A stretch of 64,000 bases of DNA, taken from contig CAYFWC010000008.1 of assembly GCA_964346805.1 (NCBI GenBank), positions 1,261 through 65,260 on the forward strand. Reading direction: 5' to 3'. This DNA comes from an uncultured Treponema sp. (GTDB taxonomy: Bacteria; Spirochaetota; Spirochaetia; Treponematales; Treponemataceae). Below are positions 47,895 through 56,144 of this stretch, in pieces. Each line of letters starts with the position of its first letter. The stretch's first letter is position 1. The position numbers and the translations under genes were made by a program. The notes below the pieces were generated by a model. It ran no database searches, was not told the origin of the DNA, and saw nothing but the letters and a program-made list of their open reading frames with translations.

Positions 47895-48623
47895 ATGGAG
47901 AAATCAATAATGATGGGGATCAGTAAAGAAAAAATTTTCGTGATTGAAAACACCCCGGAAATGGCTGACTTAATTGCACACTACATTAAAGACGCAGGAA
48001 TGGATCCAATTATTTTCTCTAGCGCGGAAGAGGCCCTCGAAAAACTGCCAAAAAATATTCCGCAGGCCGTACTTCTCGAATTGAATCTGCCTAAAATGTC
48101 CGGTATGGATTTTCTAAAAAAGTTTCGTGCTGAATACAAAACGACAATTCCCGTAATTATAGTCAGCGCCAGGGACACAGACGAAGACATCATTCAGGCA
48201 CTCAACGCCGGAGCAGATGAATTCATTACGAAACCATTTTCTCCGCGAGTACTTATCGCGCATCTTGAGGCAACGCTCCGACGTCTTACACAGACCGAGG
48301 CTGCCGTCGAGAGTTCAATTCAGTTCGGGGACTACACTCTGCTTGAAAACTCATGCGTCCTGAAGCGGGGTACGGCAAAGGTTCCTCTTTCCGCCCGTGA
48401 ATTTGATGTGCTGGATTACCTTGTCCGCAACGCCGGAAAAAATCTGTCTCCTGAGAAAATCTTCAATGAAGTGTGGAAGGTTTCATTCGGCGATGTAACA
48501 GCGGTTGCTGTTTATATCCAGCGCCTGCGCAAGAAGATTGAGAAAGATCCGCAGAATCCTCAGTACATCAAGACAATCTATCGCTACGGTTACCGCTTTA
48601 CAATTACGGGGCAGGAAGCCTGA
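47895..48623 (+). CDS. OmpR/PhoB-family response regulator with no adjacent kinase
   Basis: Receiver domain (LLELNLPKMSGMDF, phospho-Asp region) plus a winged-helix output domain (YIKTIYRYGYRF). The GGAG SD favours the ATG at 47910 (MMGISKEK). Confidence 0.85.
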   Translation: MEKSIMMGISKEKIFVIENTPEMADLIAHYIKDAGMDPIIFSSAEEALEKLPKNIPQAVLLELNLPKMSGMDFLKKFRAEYKTTIPVIIVSARDTDEDIIQALNAGADEFITKPFSPRVLIAHLEATLRRLTQTEAAVESSIQFGDYTLLENSCVLKRGTAKVPLSAREFDVLDYLVRNAGKNLSPEKIFNEVWKVSFGDVTAVAVYIQRLRKKIEKDPQNPQYIKTIYRYGYRFTITGQEA

Positions 48624-48624
48624 T

Positions 48625-51072
48625 TCAGGAGAGAATACGCTCAACGGCGGCGGCAATATTGTCGGCGCTGTCGTAGAGTCTCTTTGTCTCGGGAATAGAA
48701 TCAAGAAAGATTTTTCCGTAACGCTTTTCCATAATGCGGCGGTCAAGAACCACGACAGCACCTTTGTCGCTTGAGCGGCGCACCAGACGGCCAAAGCCCT
48801 GCCGGAATTTTATCACAGCCTCCGGAACAGACAACTCCATAAAAGCAGAGCCGCCGCGGTTTTCCACAGCCTGCGCGCGTGCCGCGAAAACGGGATCGCT
48901 CGGAACACTGAAAGGCAGTTTCACAATTATCACCTGACTGAGCGAGGAGCCGGGAACATCTATTCCCTGCCAGAATGAATCGGTGGCATAAAGAACACTT
49001 GACTTGTCATTTTTAAATTTATCCAGCAGTCTGAAGCGGTCGTCATCACCCTGCTTTAAAAGTGTCAGACCCATTTTACTTATCTCATACTGACTCGTGC
49101 TGAAAGCCGATTTCAGAGAGTCATAGCTTGTAAAAAGAACCAGAGTTCTTCCCCGGGCGGCCTTTATCAGTTTTACAAGAGTAAATTCAACATAACGCTG
49201 GAATTCAATATTGTCGGGAAAAGGAATGTCCCGGGGAACGGCGAACAGAACATTTTTTTCATAGGGAAACGGAGAATCAAAAGAGGCGGACCTCAAGCGA
49301 GTCTCGTCCGAAAAGGAGAGCCCCGCCCTTCTCATCCAGAATCCAAAATCATTTCCGGTCTTTAAGGTCGCGCTGGTGCACACAACGCTTTCCATAGGCT
49401 CAAAGACACCCGTATTCATAAGAGGCGCAATATCAAGCGGCGTTCTCGTAAAAGTTACATAAAATTCTTTTCCATCCTTTGCAAACTCAGGATTAAGACG
49501 GTTCTTCTGTATCCAGAAAACCTTGTCGCACTTTTCCTCCCAGGCGGAGAAATCCTTGCACACAATTGTGGTGTCCTCAAGGTGCCGGATAATAGCCTTT
49601 GTTTCCCAATAGGCATCCTGAGTTTTGTCTTCCTCCGCAATACCGTCGGTTATTTCCCGGACAGCGGCCACCAGACGGCTTATGTCGGAGGCCAGTGTCA
49701 TCAGGAGCGAAATAACCGGCTGGAAAACAGTCTTTGTCTCTTCAAAAAGGCGGAGCGTGTAACCGTTTCCAAGCGCGTCAAGGGCTGCCGTCTCAAGATT
49801 TTCTATATCAGTCTTGACAAGGCTTACTGCCTCCGCGACTTTTTCGGAATTGTCAGGTCCGTGCGAGAGTGCCGTCAGTGTAAAGATATAGCCGGCAAAG
49901 GACTGGCGGCGCTGCCTGTACAGGAGATTCATCTGCTTTAAGATTTTAAAGCGCGCAACCTGCTCACTGAAAAAACTTGTGGCGGCGTTTTCTATTCCGT
50001 GGGCCTCGTCAAAGACAATGCGCTTGTATGGCGGCAAAACAGCCGTATCGTCATACCCCACGCCGTTCATCCGGGACTCTATGTCCGCAAACAGAAGATG
50101 GTGGTTTACAACAAGAAGCTGAGCGTCGGCGGCCTCACGGCGCACACTCATTACAAAGCACTTGTCACGGTAAGGACAATGAAGCCCCATACAGGCATCA
50201 CTTTCCGAGCATATGCGGCTCCACAGATTCTCAGGCGGATTAAAGGCAAGATCACTGCGGCTTCCGGTGGGAGAAGTTTTTGCCCACTCGTAAATCTTTT
50301 CCAGGACATCGGACTCGCTTGTAAAGAGGTCCGGCTCCTTTCCCAGCTCCTCAAGGCGGCGGAGACAGATATAATTATTCCGCCCCTTTAAAAGAATTGC
50401 CTTTATTTTCTTACCGATAATTTTTTGGGCCATCGGAATATCTTTTTCGCTGAGCTGCTGCTGAAGGTTTATTGTACCGGTCGAAACCACAACACGCTCC
50501 TGATTCTCAACGGCCCACAGCATTGCGGGAATAAGATAGGCGAATGACTTTCCTACTCCGGTTCCGGCCTCAAAGGCTCCCAGAGAATTTTCGTTAAAGG
50601 CCTTTGCTATTGATTTCAGCAGTTGTATCTGGACCGGTCTCTCCTCAAAATTACCGGAGAACTTTGACAGCGGGCCGCCGTTGCTTATGCAGAAAGCCGC
50701 CTCATCTTCATCAAGGTGAACAAGTTTTTTTGGCGGAACAGGTTCCATCACGACATAAACATCAGTAACCTGATTGTTTATTATATAAAAGCCCTGAAGA
50801 TTTTCGTTAGCACGGGATGCGGCGGCCATATCGGCATCGCTGGGTGTAAGATTGCCGCCCGGGTGGTTGTGAAGAAGAACGCAGGGGTCCCGGCTCTCGT
50901 AAAAATTAATAGGAACAGAATTTTCGTTGCCACGGCTGGCAGCCTTTACAGAAGTGATGATGCAATTTTCATTAATGGCGCCGACAAAAAAGACCTCATT
51001 GCCGCCGGCGCGTTCAATCTCACGCCGCATCGCAATGACGGCAGGCATAGAAATCCGCGACTCAATATCCAT
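48625..51072 (-). CDS. DinG/XPD-family Fe-S DNA helicase with an N-terminal JAB/JAMM (RadC-like) domain
   Basis: JAMM motif HNHPGGNLTPSDAD (50830-50871). Helicase Walker A AGTGVGKS. Four-Cys cluster CSESDACMGLHCPYRDKC. DEAH box VFDEAHGIENA. C-terminal helicase_C_2-like block. ATG at 51072 has a GGTGGA SD. The track start at 51105 lies inside the tRNA-Glu terminator. Confidence 0.8.
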   Translation of the reverse strand: MDIESRISMPAVIAMRREIERAGGNEVFFVGAINENCIITSVKAASRGNENSVPINFYESRDPCVLLHNHPGGNLTPSDADMAAASRANENLQGFYIINNQVTDVYVVMEPVPPKKLVHLDEDEAAFCISNGGPLSKFSGNFEERPVQIQLLKSIAKAFNENSLGAFEAGTGVGKSFAYLIPAMLWAVENQERVVVSTGTINLQQQLSEKDIPMAQKIIGKKIKAILLKGRNNYICLRRLEELGKEPDLFTSESDVLEKIYEWAKTSPTGSRSDLAFNPPENLWSRICSESDACMGLHCPYRDKCFVMSVRREAADAQLLVVNHHLLFADIESRMNGVGYDDTAVLPPYKRIVFDEAHGIENAATSFFSEQVARFKILKQMNLLYRQRRQSFAGYIFTLTALSHGPDNSEKVAEAVSLVKTDIENLETAALDALGNGYTLRLFEETKTVFQPVISLLMTLASDISRLVAAVREITDGIAEEDKTQDAYWETKAIIRHLEDTTIVCKDFSAWEEKCDKVFWIQKNRLNPEFAKDGKEFYVTFTRTPLDIAPLMNTGVFEPMESVVCTSATLKTGNDFGFWMRRAGLSFSDETRLRSASFDSPFPYEKNVLFAVPRDIPFPDNIEFQRYVEFTLVKLIKAARGRTLVLFTSYDSLKSAFSTSQYEISKMGLTLLKQGDDDRFRLLDKFKNDKSSVLYATDSFWQGIDVPGSSLSQVIIVKLPFSVPSDPVFAARAQAVENRGGSAFMELSVPEAVIKFRQGFGRLVRRSSDKGAVVVLDRRIMEKRYGKIFLDSIPETKRLYDSADNIAAAVERILS

Positions 51073-51080
51073 TTTCCACC

Positions 51081-51112
51081 CAAAAAAAAGGACCGATAGA
51101 ATCATCGGTCCT
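51081..51112 (-). terminator. intrinsic terminator immediately after tRNA-Glu
   Basis: Minus strand: AGGACCGAT-GATTCT-ATCGGTCCT followed by TTTTTTTT. Begins 3 nt after the tRNA 3' end. Confidence 0.75.
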
Positions 51113-51115
51113 TAG

Positions 51116-51187
51116 CATCTCCCACGGGAATTGAACCCATGTTGTCGGGATGAAAACCCGATGTCCTAACCACTAGACGAGGGAGAC
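51116..51187 (-). tRNA. tRNA-Glu (anticodon TTC)
   Basis: GTCTCCCTCGTCTAGTGGTTAGGAC...: anticodon loop TTTTCAT, T arm ATGGG-TTCAATT-CCCGT, acceptor GTCTCCC/GGGAGAT. CCA is not encoded. Confidence 0.85.
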
Positions 51188-51211
51188 ATACAACTTAACA
51201 TTGTGTGTGGT

Positions 51212-51240
51212 ATATTATCAAAAAAACATACTTGTGTCAA
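51212..51240 (-). promoter_or_regulatory. sigma70-type promoter for tRNA-Glu
   Basis: Minus strand: TTGACA (51240-51235), 17-nt spacer, TAATAT (51217-51212). Lies about 25 nt upstream of the mature tRNA 5' end. Confidence 0.55.
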
Positions 51241-51275
51241 GTGAAAAAAGATAAAAATTTAAATTTTTTCTTTCT

Positions 51276-52181
51276 TTATAAAATCACCTTCTGCCGCAAA
51301 AGACTTATATCATCCGGGATTTTTCCGCCAGAAACAAGGATTTCCTCTATACAGCCTCTCTCATATTTATCCTCAGGATAAAGGCACACTATGCTGAAGT
51401 CCCCGTCCTGCAAGAAATTATGTTCCCCAAAAGCCGTGTAGCGGGTTGCGCCTACGCTGACAAAAATTCTTTGCGGAAATCCCGCAGCCTCAAGATAGGA
51501 ATGAATGTTCTCCGCAGGCCCCTCGTTTTTCTGAAGATTGAATTTCTGCAAAAGCCAGCCGTCCAGTTTCTCATAAAAATAAGAGTAGGAGCGCACTGAA
51601 GAATTTTCACCGTATTCAGAGAGGCGGCCGCCGCGCTCCAAATACGAACATATTCTGTAACGGGACATAAACGCCCATGCCTCTTCATTCCCCCTGCTGG
51701 CCGCGGACGCCGCTCCGGCAAAAAAATCGCCCTCTCCTGATAAATTTATCATGTTGCCCGATCCTTTTGTAGACACGCCCCAGTTTTTCTTTTCGCTGAT
51801 TTTTATTATCATTCCTTGCGAAGTTTTTTTTCTTATGGAAACATCGTTTGAAGCGCAGAAAGCAAGAGGTCTAAGCCCGGCCAGTTCACTTTTCTTCCAG
51901 TCGGCGTCATAAAGGATTCCGCACTCCGCCTCAATCTGAATCTTTTCCTCACCGCGCGGAAAAATTATCTTTTCTGAGTCAAATGGAAATACATGTAAAA
52001 ACGCCGGAGTAACGGAATCATTTCCGGGAATAAAAGTCGGGAACACGGCCTTTGGAGCGCCGGCCTCAGCCTCTATGGCCGAAAAGTCTCGGGCCTCACC
52101 GGCCTGCTCCAAATGTCCCGTAAAATTTCCAGCCACGCCGAAGGCGGCACAATCAGAATCTGATAAGTCAAAAGCAGTCAT
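51276..52181 (-). CDS. hypothetical protein, possibly a divergent fumarylacetoacetate-hydrolase-fold enzyme
   Basis: Starts MTAFDLSD at ATG 52181. Loose FAH-like blocks (GVAGNFTGHLEQ, IQIEAECGILY, SNDVSIRK, KNWGVSTKG). The upstream part of the track ORF (to 52325) is hydrophobic junk overlapping the promoter. Confidence 0.55.
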   Translation of the reverse strand: MTAFDLSDSDCAAFGVAGNFTGHLEQAGEARDFSAIEAEAGAPKAVFPTFIPGNDSVTPAFLHVFPFDSEKIIFPRGEEKIQIEAECGILYDADWKKSELAGLRPLAFCASNDVSIRKKTSQGMIIKISEKKNWGVSTKGSGNMINLSGEGDFFAGAASAASRGNEEAWAFMSRYRICSYLERGGRLSEYGENSSVRSYSYFYEKLDGWLLQKFNLQKNEGPAENIHSYLEAAGFPQRIFVSVGATRYTAFGEHNFLQDGDFSIVCLYPEDKYERGCIEEILVSGGKIPDDISLLRQKVIL

Positions 52182-52187
52182 GCGTGT

Positions 52188-52196
52188 ATTATAGCA
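52188..52196 (-). promoter_or_regulatory. extended -10 element placed for a leaderless transcript of the FAH-like gene
   Basis: Minus strand: TGCTATAAT, then 6 nt (ACACGC), then the ATG at 52181. No SD. This is the same TGCTATAAT-N6-ATG arrangement as at rfbB. Confidence 0.45.
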
Positions 52197-52314
52197 AAAA
52201 CCGCAGAAAAAATCTACAAATAAAAAAGGAAAAAAACCGGCACCGCAGATACATAAAATTTTTCCCATTGTTTTTTGTTGCCATTTTCCCAATGCATTGT
52301 TATCTTTATATATT

Positions 52315-53028
52315 ATGGATAACAAGCTTGTATTACAAAAAGCGGTTCGGGATAATCAGAATATACTCGCAGACCCGCGCGAGATTATGGACACTGCCCT
52401 TCAGTTCCAGCAGCTTTTGATGCTGTATGAAAGCGGAATTAAGCAGATAACCACAAAGTTTGAAATACTGGAAGATGAATTCCAAAGCAAGCACCAGAGG
52501 AATCCGATCTCGACAATTCAGAGTCGCATCAAAGAACCGCTGAGCATTGTGGAAAAACTTCAGCGCAAAGGGCTTTCTGTAACCCTTGACAACATGGTAA
52601 ACAGGCTTTACGACATTGCCGGAATACGCGTAACATGCCCCTTTATCAGCGATGTCTACAATGTTACGAAAATGCTGCTCTCGCAGGAAGACATAACACT
52701 TATAAAATTAAAGGACTATATCAAGGAGCCAAAAAAATCAGGATACAGGTCGCTGCATGTAATCGTAAAAGTGGCGGTTTATTTCAGTGATGAAAAGCGC
52801 GAGATTCCGGTCGAGATACAAATCCGCACGATTGCTATGGACTTTTGGGCCAGTCTTGAGCATCAGCTCCATTATAAAAAAGATTACGAAATGTCGGCCG
52901 ACATAAGCAAGGAACTTCTGGCCATTGCGGACAACATTGCCTGTAATGACGGGCGCATGCAGAATCTGGCAAAACATATTCCGGGCTTTAAAGAATTTAC
53001 GGAAAAAGACTTGAACAATTTAATCTAA
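52315..53028 (+). CDS. small alarmone synthetase (RelQ/RelP-type GTP pyrophosphokinase)
   Basis: RelA/SpoT synthetase-only protein: IAGIRVTCPFISDVY, GYRSLHVIVKV, VEIQIRTIAMDFWASLEH. ATG at 52315; the track start at 52297 is TTG. Confidence 0.85.
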   Translation: MDNKLVLQKAVRDNQNILADPREIMDTALQFQQLLMLYESGIKQITTKFEILEDEFQSKHQRNPISTIQSRIKEPLSIVEKLQRKGLSVTLDNMVNRLYDIAGIRVTCPFISDVYNVTKMLLSQEDITLIKLKDYIKEPKKSGYRSLHVIVKVAVYFSDEKREIPVEIQIRTIAMDFWASLEHQLHYKKDYEMSADISKELLAIADNIACNDGRMQNLAKHIPGFKEFTEKDLNNLI

Positions 53029-53039
53029 TATGATAATAT
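53011..53039 (+). promoter_or_regulatory. sigma70-type promoter candidate for tRNA-Pro, overlapping the end of the alarmone synthetase gene
   Basis: TTGAAC (53011-53016), 17-nt spacer, TAATAT (53034-53039). Lies 13 nt upstream of the tRNA 5' end. Confidence 0.45.
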
Positions 53040-53052
53040 AGACTCCACGTTA

Positions 53053-53125
53053 CGGGATGTAGCGCAGCTGGTAGCGCGTCTGCTTTGGGAGCAGAATGTC
53101 GCAGGTTCAAATCCTGTCATCCCGA
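53053..53125 (+). tRNA. tRNA-Pro (anticodon TGG)
   Basis: CGGGATG-TA-GCGC..GCGC, anticodon loop TTTGGGA, T arm GCAGG-TTCAAAT-CCTGT, acceptor CATCCCG plus discriminator A. CCA is not encoded. Confidence 0.85.
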
Positions 53126-53887
53126 TTAGTTATCTGACTTGCTTGCATCGATCGGAACAGACCCCAAATGAAGTACATTGCTATAATAGGTTGTGAAAGT
53201 GTTGTCACGCCCTTTAGCCACGGCATACATATCAACATAATACATATTATTTGAGACACTTCCGCTTTCAAAATCCTCGTCACCACTTTTCGGTAAATCA
53301 TAGGAAATCGTGCTTGTTTCAGAATAAGCAGAGTCATTTCTGCGTCCGAAATCAAATGTATATTTTGTCCCGGTTGCTCTTCGGGGAGTATAAATTTTAA
53401 TAGGTGCCGAATAATTATTAGAGCTACTGATTGAAATGTCAGCCTTATAATCGGGAGAATTCTGATAATTTGTGAGCCTTATCCTCACATATTTTCCTGT
53501 CAGCGCACTGCCTGACACCAGAGGCTGAATGCTTCCCGATGACGTTGAAAGTTCCTTATAGCCGTAACTTATCATACGCTCGGCGGCGGCGGAATAATTA
53601 CTCTGCGTGTTTACCGCGCTGATCGAGGACTGCATGCTTGTCATTGTAGATAAATTGGTATAGATTCTGTAATAGACGGCTGTCCCCAGAAATATAAATT
53701 CCGTATTTCCGGAATTTGAGTTAAGGGCAGAGATAAATTCAAAATAATTCTGGTCATAGTCCGAGCTGGAATAAGACGGCTCGTGAATAACGCTCACCGG
53801 ACCGTCAACCGTAAAGGTATTTACAAGTCCGCAGCCGGTGAAAACCAAAGAAAATAAAAGAAGAAACTTACTTAATTTTTCCATCAC
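53126..53887 (-). CDS. hypothetical Ser/Tyr-rich lipoprotein
   Basis: Lipobox LVFTGC. No family recognised. Noticeably more AT-rich than its neighbours. The stop codon abuts the tRNA-Pro 3' end. Confidence 0.6.
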   Translation of the reverse strand: MMEKLSKFLLLFSLVFTGCGLVNTFTVDGPVSVIHEPSYSSSDYDQNYFEFISALNSNSGNTEFIFLGTAVYYRIYTNLSTMTSMQSSISAVNTQSNYSAAAERMISYGYKELSTSSGSIQPLVSGSALTGKYVRIRLTNYQNSPDYKADISISSSNNYSAPIKIYTPRRATGTKYTFDFGRRNDSAYSETSTISYDLPKSGDEDFESGSVSNNMYYVDMYAVAKGRDNTFTTYYSNVLHLGSVPIDASKSDN

Positions 53888-54566
53888 TCCTCAAAACGAG
53901 AAGTCTTGTCTTTGCAAGGTCGTTCCAAGTGTCATTCGAATACTCAAGACCGGCGATTGCCTCATAAGCGGCTTTTGCACCCTCGTAGTCATTCTTGCCT
54001 TCCTTTATGCGTCCGACATTAAAGAAAGCACGGCTTCTGTCAACAAAACTCTTGTCGTCACAAACCTTCTGATAGAAGGAAAGCGCTTCGTCAGACTGTC
54101 CCAGCTCTTCGCAGGCGGCAGCGGCATTAAAACTGCACAAAGAAGCAAGATAAGAGCCTTTTGCTTTTGACGCGGCAGCAGACCAGCTGGCCTTTGCATT
54201 TGACCAGTCCTTTTTCTGGCCGTAAATATCAGCGGCAATCATATTCGCGCGGGCACCGGCAATTCCGCCTTTTTTCAGGAAGGGACCAAGATTGCCGAGC
54301 GCAGTCTCGCGGCGACCGGCAAGAGAGGCCTCGTCCAGGCCGGCGGCATCTTTTGTAAAAGAGTATTCAATAATCTCAATCTTATTAAGATTCTTTTTTA
54401 CGACGGAAGTCTTAATATTGAATGCGACCGCATAGGCAACAATAGCCGCAATTACAAGGCAAAGAGCGCCGACAAGCAGCCTGCGATTTGCATCCAAAAA
54501 GTCAGCGAACTTCTGCCCGCCGGAACTCTTTTTATCTTCCATTCTAACAATATTTTTGTCAGCCAT
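53868..54566 (-). CDS. membrane-anchored TPR-like protein
   Basis: One TM helix (LLVGALCLVIAAIVAYAVAF) followed by TPR-like helical repeats. ATG at 54566 has a GGAAG SD. The track start at 54575 is GTG. Confidence 0.6.
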   Translation of the reverse strand: MADKNIVRMEDKKSSGGQKFADFLDANRRLLVGALCLVIAAIVAYAVAFNIKTSVVKKNLNKIEIIEYSFTKDAAGLDEASLAGRRETALGNLGPFLKKGGIAGARANMIAADIYGQKKDWSNAKASWSAAASKAKGSYLASLCSFNAAAACEELGQSDEALSFYQKVCDDKSFVDRSRAFFNVGRIKEGKNDYEGAKAAYEAIAGLEYSNDTWNDLAKTRLLVLRSDGKIK

Positions 54567-54590
54567 AATTTTCACTTCCTATTTTATACT

Positions 54591-56123
54591 TTACCTGATG
54601 CCAAGCTCAACCAAAAGCCGCGACAGGTATGTACGCTGGATTCCCAGAACTTTCGCAACGTCAGTCTGTCTGCCGCCGCCGGTTCTAAGAGCCTCGGTAA
54701 CATAATACTTTTTAAAGGCGTTAACCGCGTCTTTCAGCGTCTGACCGCTTTCCGGGATATACCCCTTCTGAACCTCGGTCTTTCCGTCTGTCTGCAAAGA
54801 GCCGGAGGCGATCTGCAGATTCTGCGCTGTTACAAAGGGCGGGTTTCCAAGAACACACGCTCTTTCTATAGAGTTTTCCAATTCGCGCACATTGCCCGGC
54901 CAGTAATAACTATACAAGACCTGCTCCGCGTCAGCGGAAAACCCCTTGAAATTCTTTTTTGTCTCGCCGGAAAACTTTTCCAAAAAGTAATCCGCCAGCG
55001 GCTCAATATCTTCCCTTCTTTCCCGCAAAGGCGGAATCCGCAGGGGAACAACATTCAGCCTGTAAAACAAGTCGTCGCGGAATTTTCCTTCCTTAACGGC
55101 TTTTTCCAGATCTTTATTCGTGGCGCAGACAATTCTTACATCAACGGAAATTGTCTCGCTTGACCCCACACGCTCAAATTTCTTGTCCTGAATCGCACGC
55201 AAAAGTTTTGCCTGCAATTCAAGCGGAATCTCGCCGATTTCATCAAGAAAAAGAGTTCCGCCGTTCGCCGCCTCAAAACGCCCCTTGCGTTCAGTCAGAG
55301 CGTCGGTGTAAGCACCCTTTGCATGCCCGAAAAGTTCGTCCTCCAAAAGGGAAGATGTCAGGGCCGCGCAGTTGACGCGCACAAAAGGTTTTGTCCGCCT
55401 GTCGCTCCGCAGGTGAAGCTGCTCGGCAAAGAGTTCTTTACCGACTCCGCTTTCTCCCGTAATTAAAACGGAAGAGCTGGTTTTTGCCGCGGCGACCAGC
55501 ATTTTTACAAGGTCCTCAATCACCGCGCTCCTAGAAATAAAAACGTGGTAGTCGGTCCCCTGATTTATGTTATCGCGGAGAGCAAGGATTCTGTCCCTGG
55601 CGTCGCGGTAACTGGCGGCGTTGGCATAAGCAATTCCCGCCTGATGGGCAAGAAAGGTCATAAGCTCAAGGTCTTCATTTGAGAATTCCCTGCCGCCGTT
55701 TTTATTGATAAGCTCAATTACACCGATAAAGTCATTCCCGTTTGTCATGGGAAGGGCTATCATCGTATTCGTAATGTAACCTGTCTTATTTTGAACCCGG
55801 TCAAAGAAACGCTCGTCGTTATTTGCATTGTTCAGGATTACACTTTTTTTATTTTTTGCAACCCAGCCGGCAACGCTGTTCTTGTCAACGATTATATTCT
55901 TTGCCTCGGCTCCCTTCGGTCCCAAAGCAACGGCGAATCTGAGCGAGTTTCCGCCCTTTACTGCAAGCAAAAGGGAGGAAGACTCGCAGTCTATAAGACG
56001 CATCGCCGACTTCAGGATATAAACCATCAGGGCGTCAACGTCGGAAAACTTTTCGTTGATTCCGGCGCTTAACTCGATGAGTGTTTTTAGTTTGTCAGAA
56101 TAACCAGAAACTTCCGCACTCAT
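54591..56123 (-). CDS. sigma-54-dependent transcriptional activator with an N-terminal GAF domain
   Basis: GAF-like N-terminus. AAA+ domain with [23 protein letters not shown] and [17 protein letters not shown]-terminal Fis-type HTH ([19 protein letters not shown]). Confidence 0.85.
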   Translation of the reverse strand: MSAEVSGYSDKLKTLIELSAGINEKFSDVDALMVYILKSAMRLIDCESSSLLLAVKGGNSLRFAVALGPKGAEAKNIIVDKNSVAGWVAKNKKSVILNNANNDERFFDRVQNKTGYITNTMIALPMTNGNDFIGVIELINKNGGREFSNEDLELMTFLAHQAGIAYANAASYRDARDRILALRDNINQGTDYHVFISRSAVIEDLVKMLVAAAKTSSSVLITGESGVGKELFAEQLHLRSDRRTKPFVRVNCAALTSSLLEDELFGHAKGAYTDALTERKGRFEAANGGTLFLDEIGEIPLELQAKLLRAIQDKKFERVGSSETISVDVRIVCATNKDLEKAVKEGKFRDDLFYRLNVVPLRIPPLRERREDIEPLADYFLEKFSGETKKNFKGFSADAEQVLYSYYWPGNVRELENSIERACVLGNPPFVTAQNLQIASGSLQTDGKTEVQKGYIPESGQTLKDAVNAFKKYYVTEALRTGGGRQTDVAKVLGIQRTYLSRLLVELGIR

Positions 56124-56144
56124 CTTTATTACCCGACAGTCGAA

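Noticed and set aside
51116-53125. The tRNA-Glu to tRNA-Pro interval as a genomic island or toxSAS toxin-antitoxin module.
   Set aside because: There is no integrase or recombinase, no duplicated tRNA 3' segment, and no small adjacent antitoxin-like ORF. The synthetase looks like an ordinary RelQ/RelP-type housekeeping enzyme.
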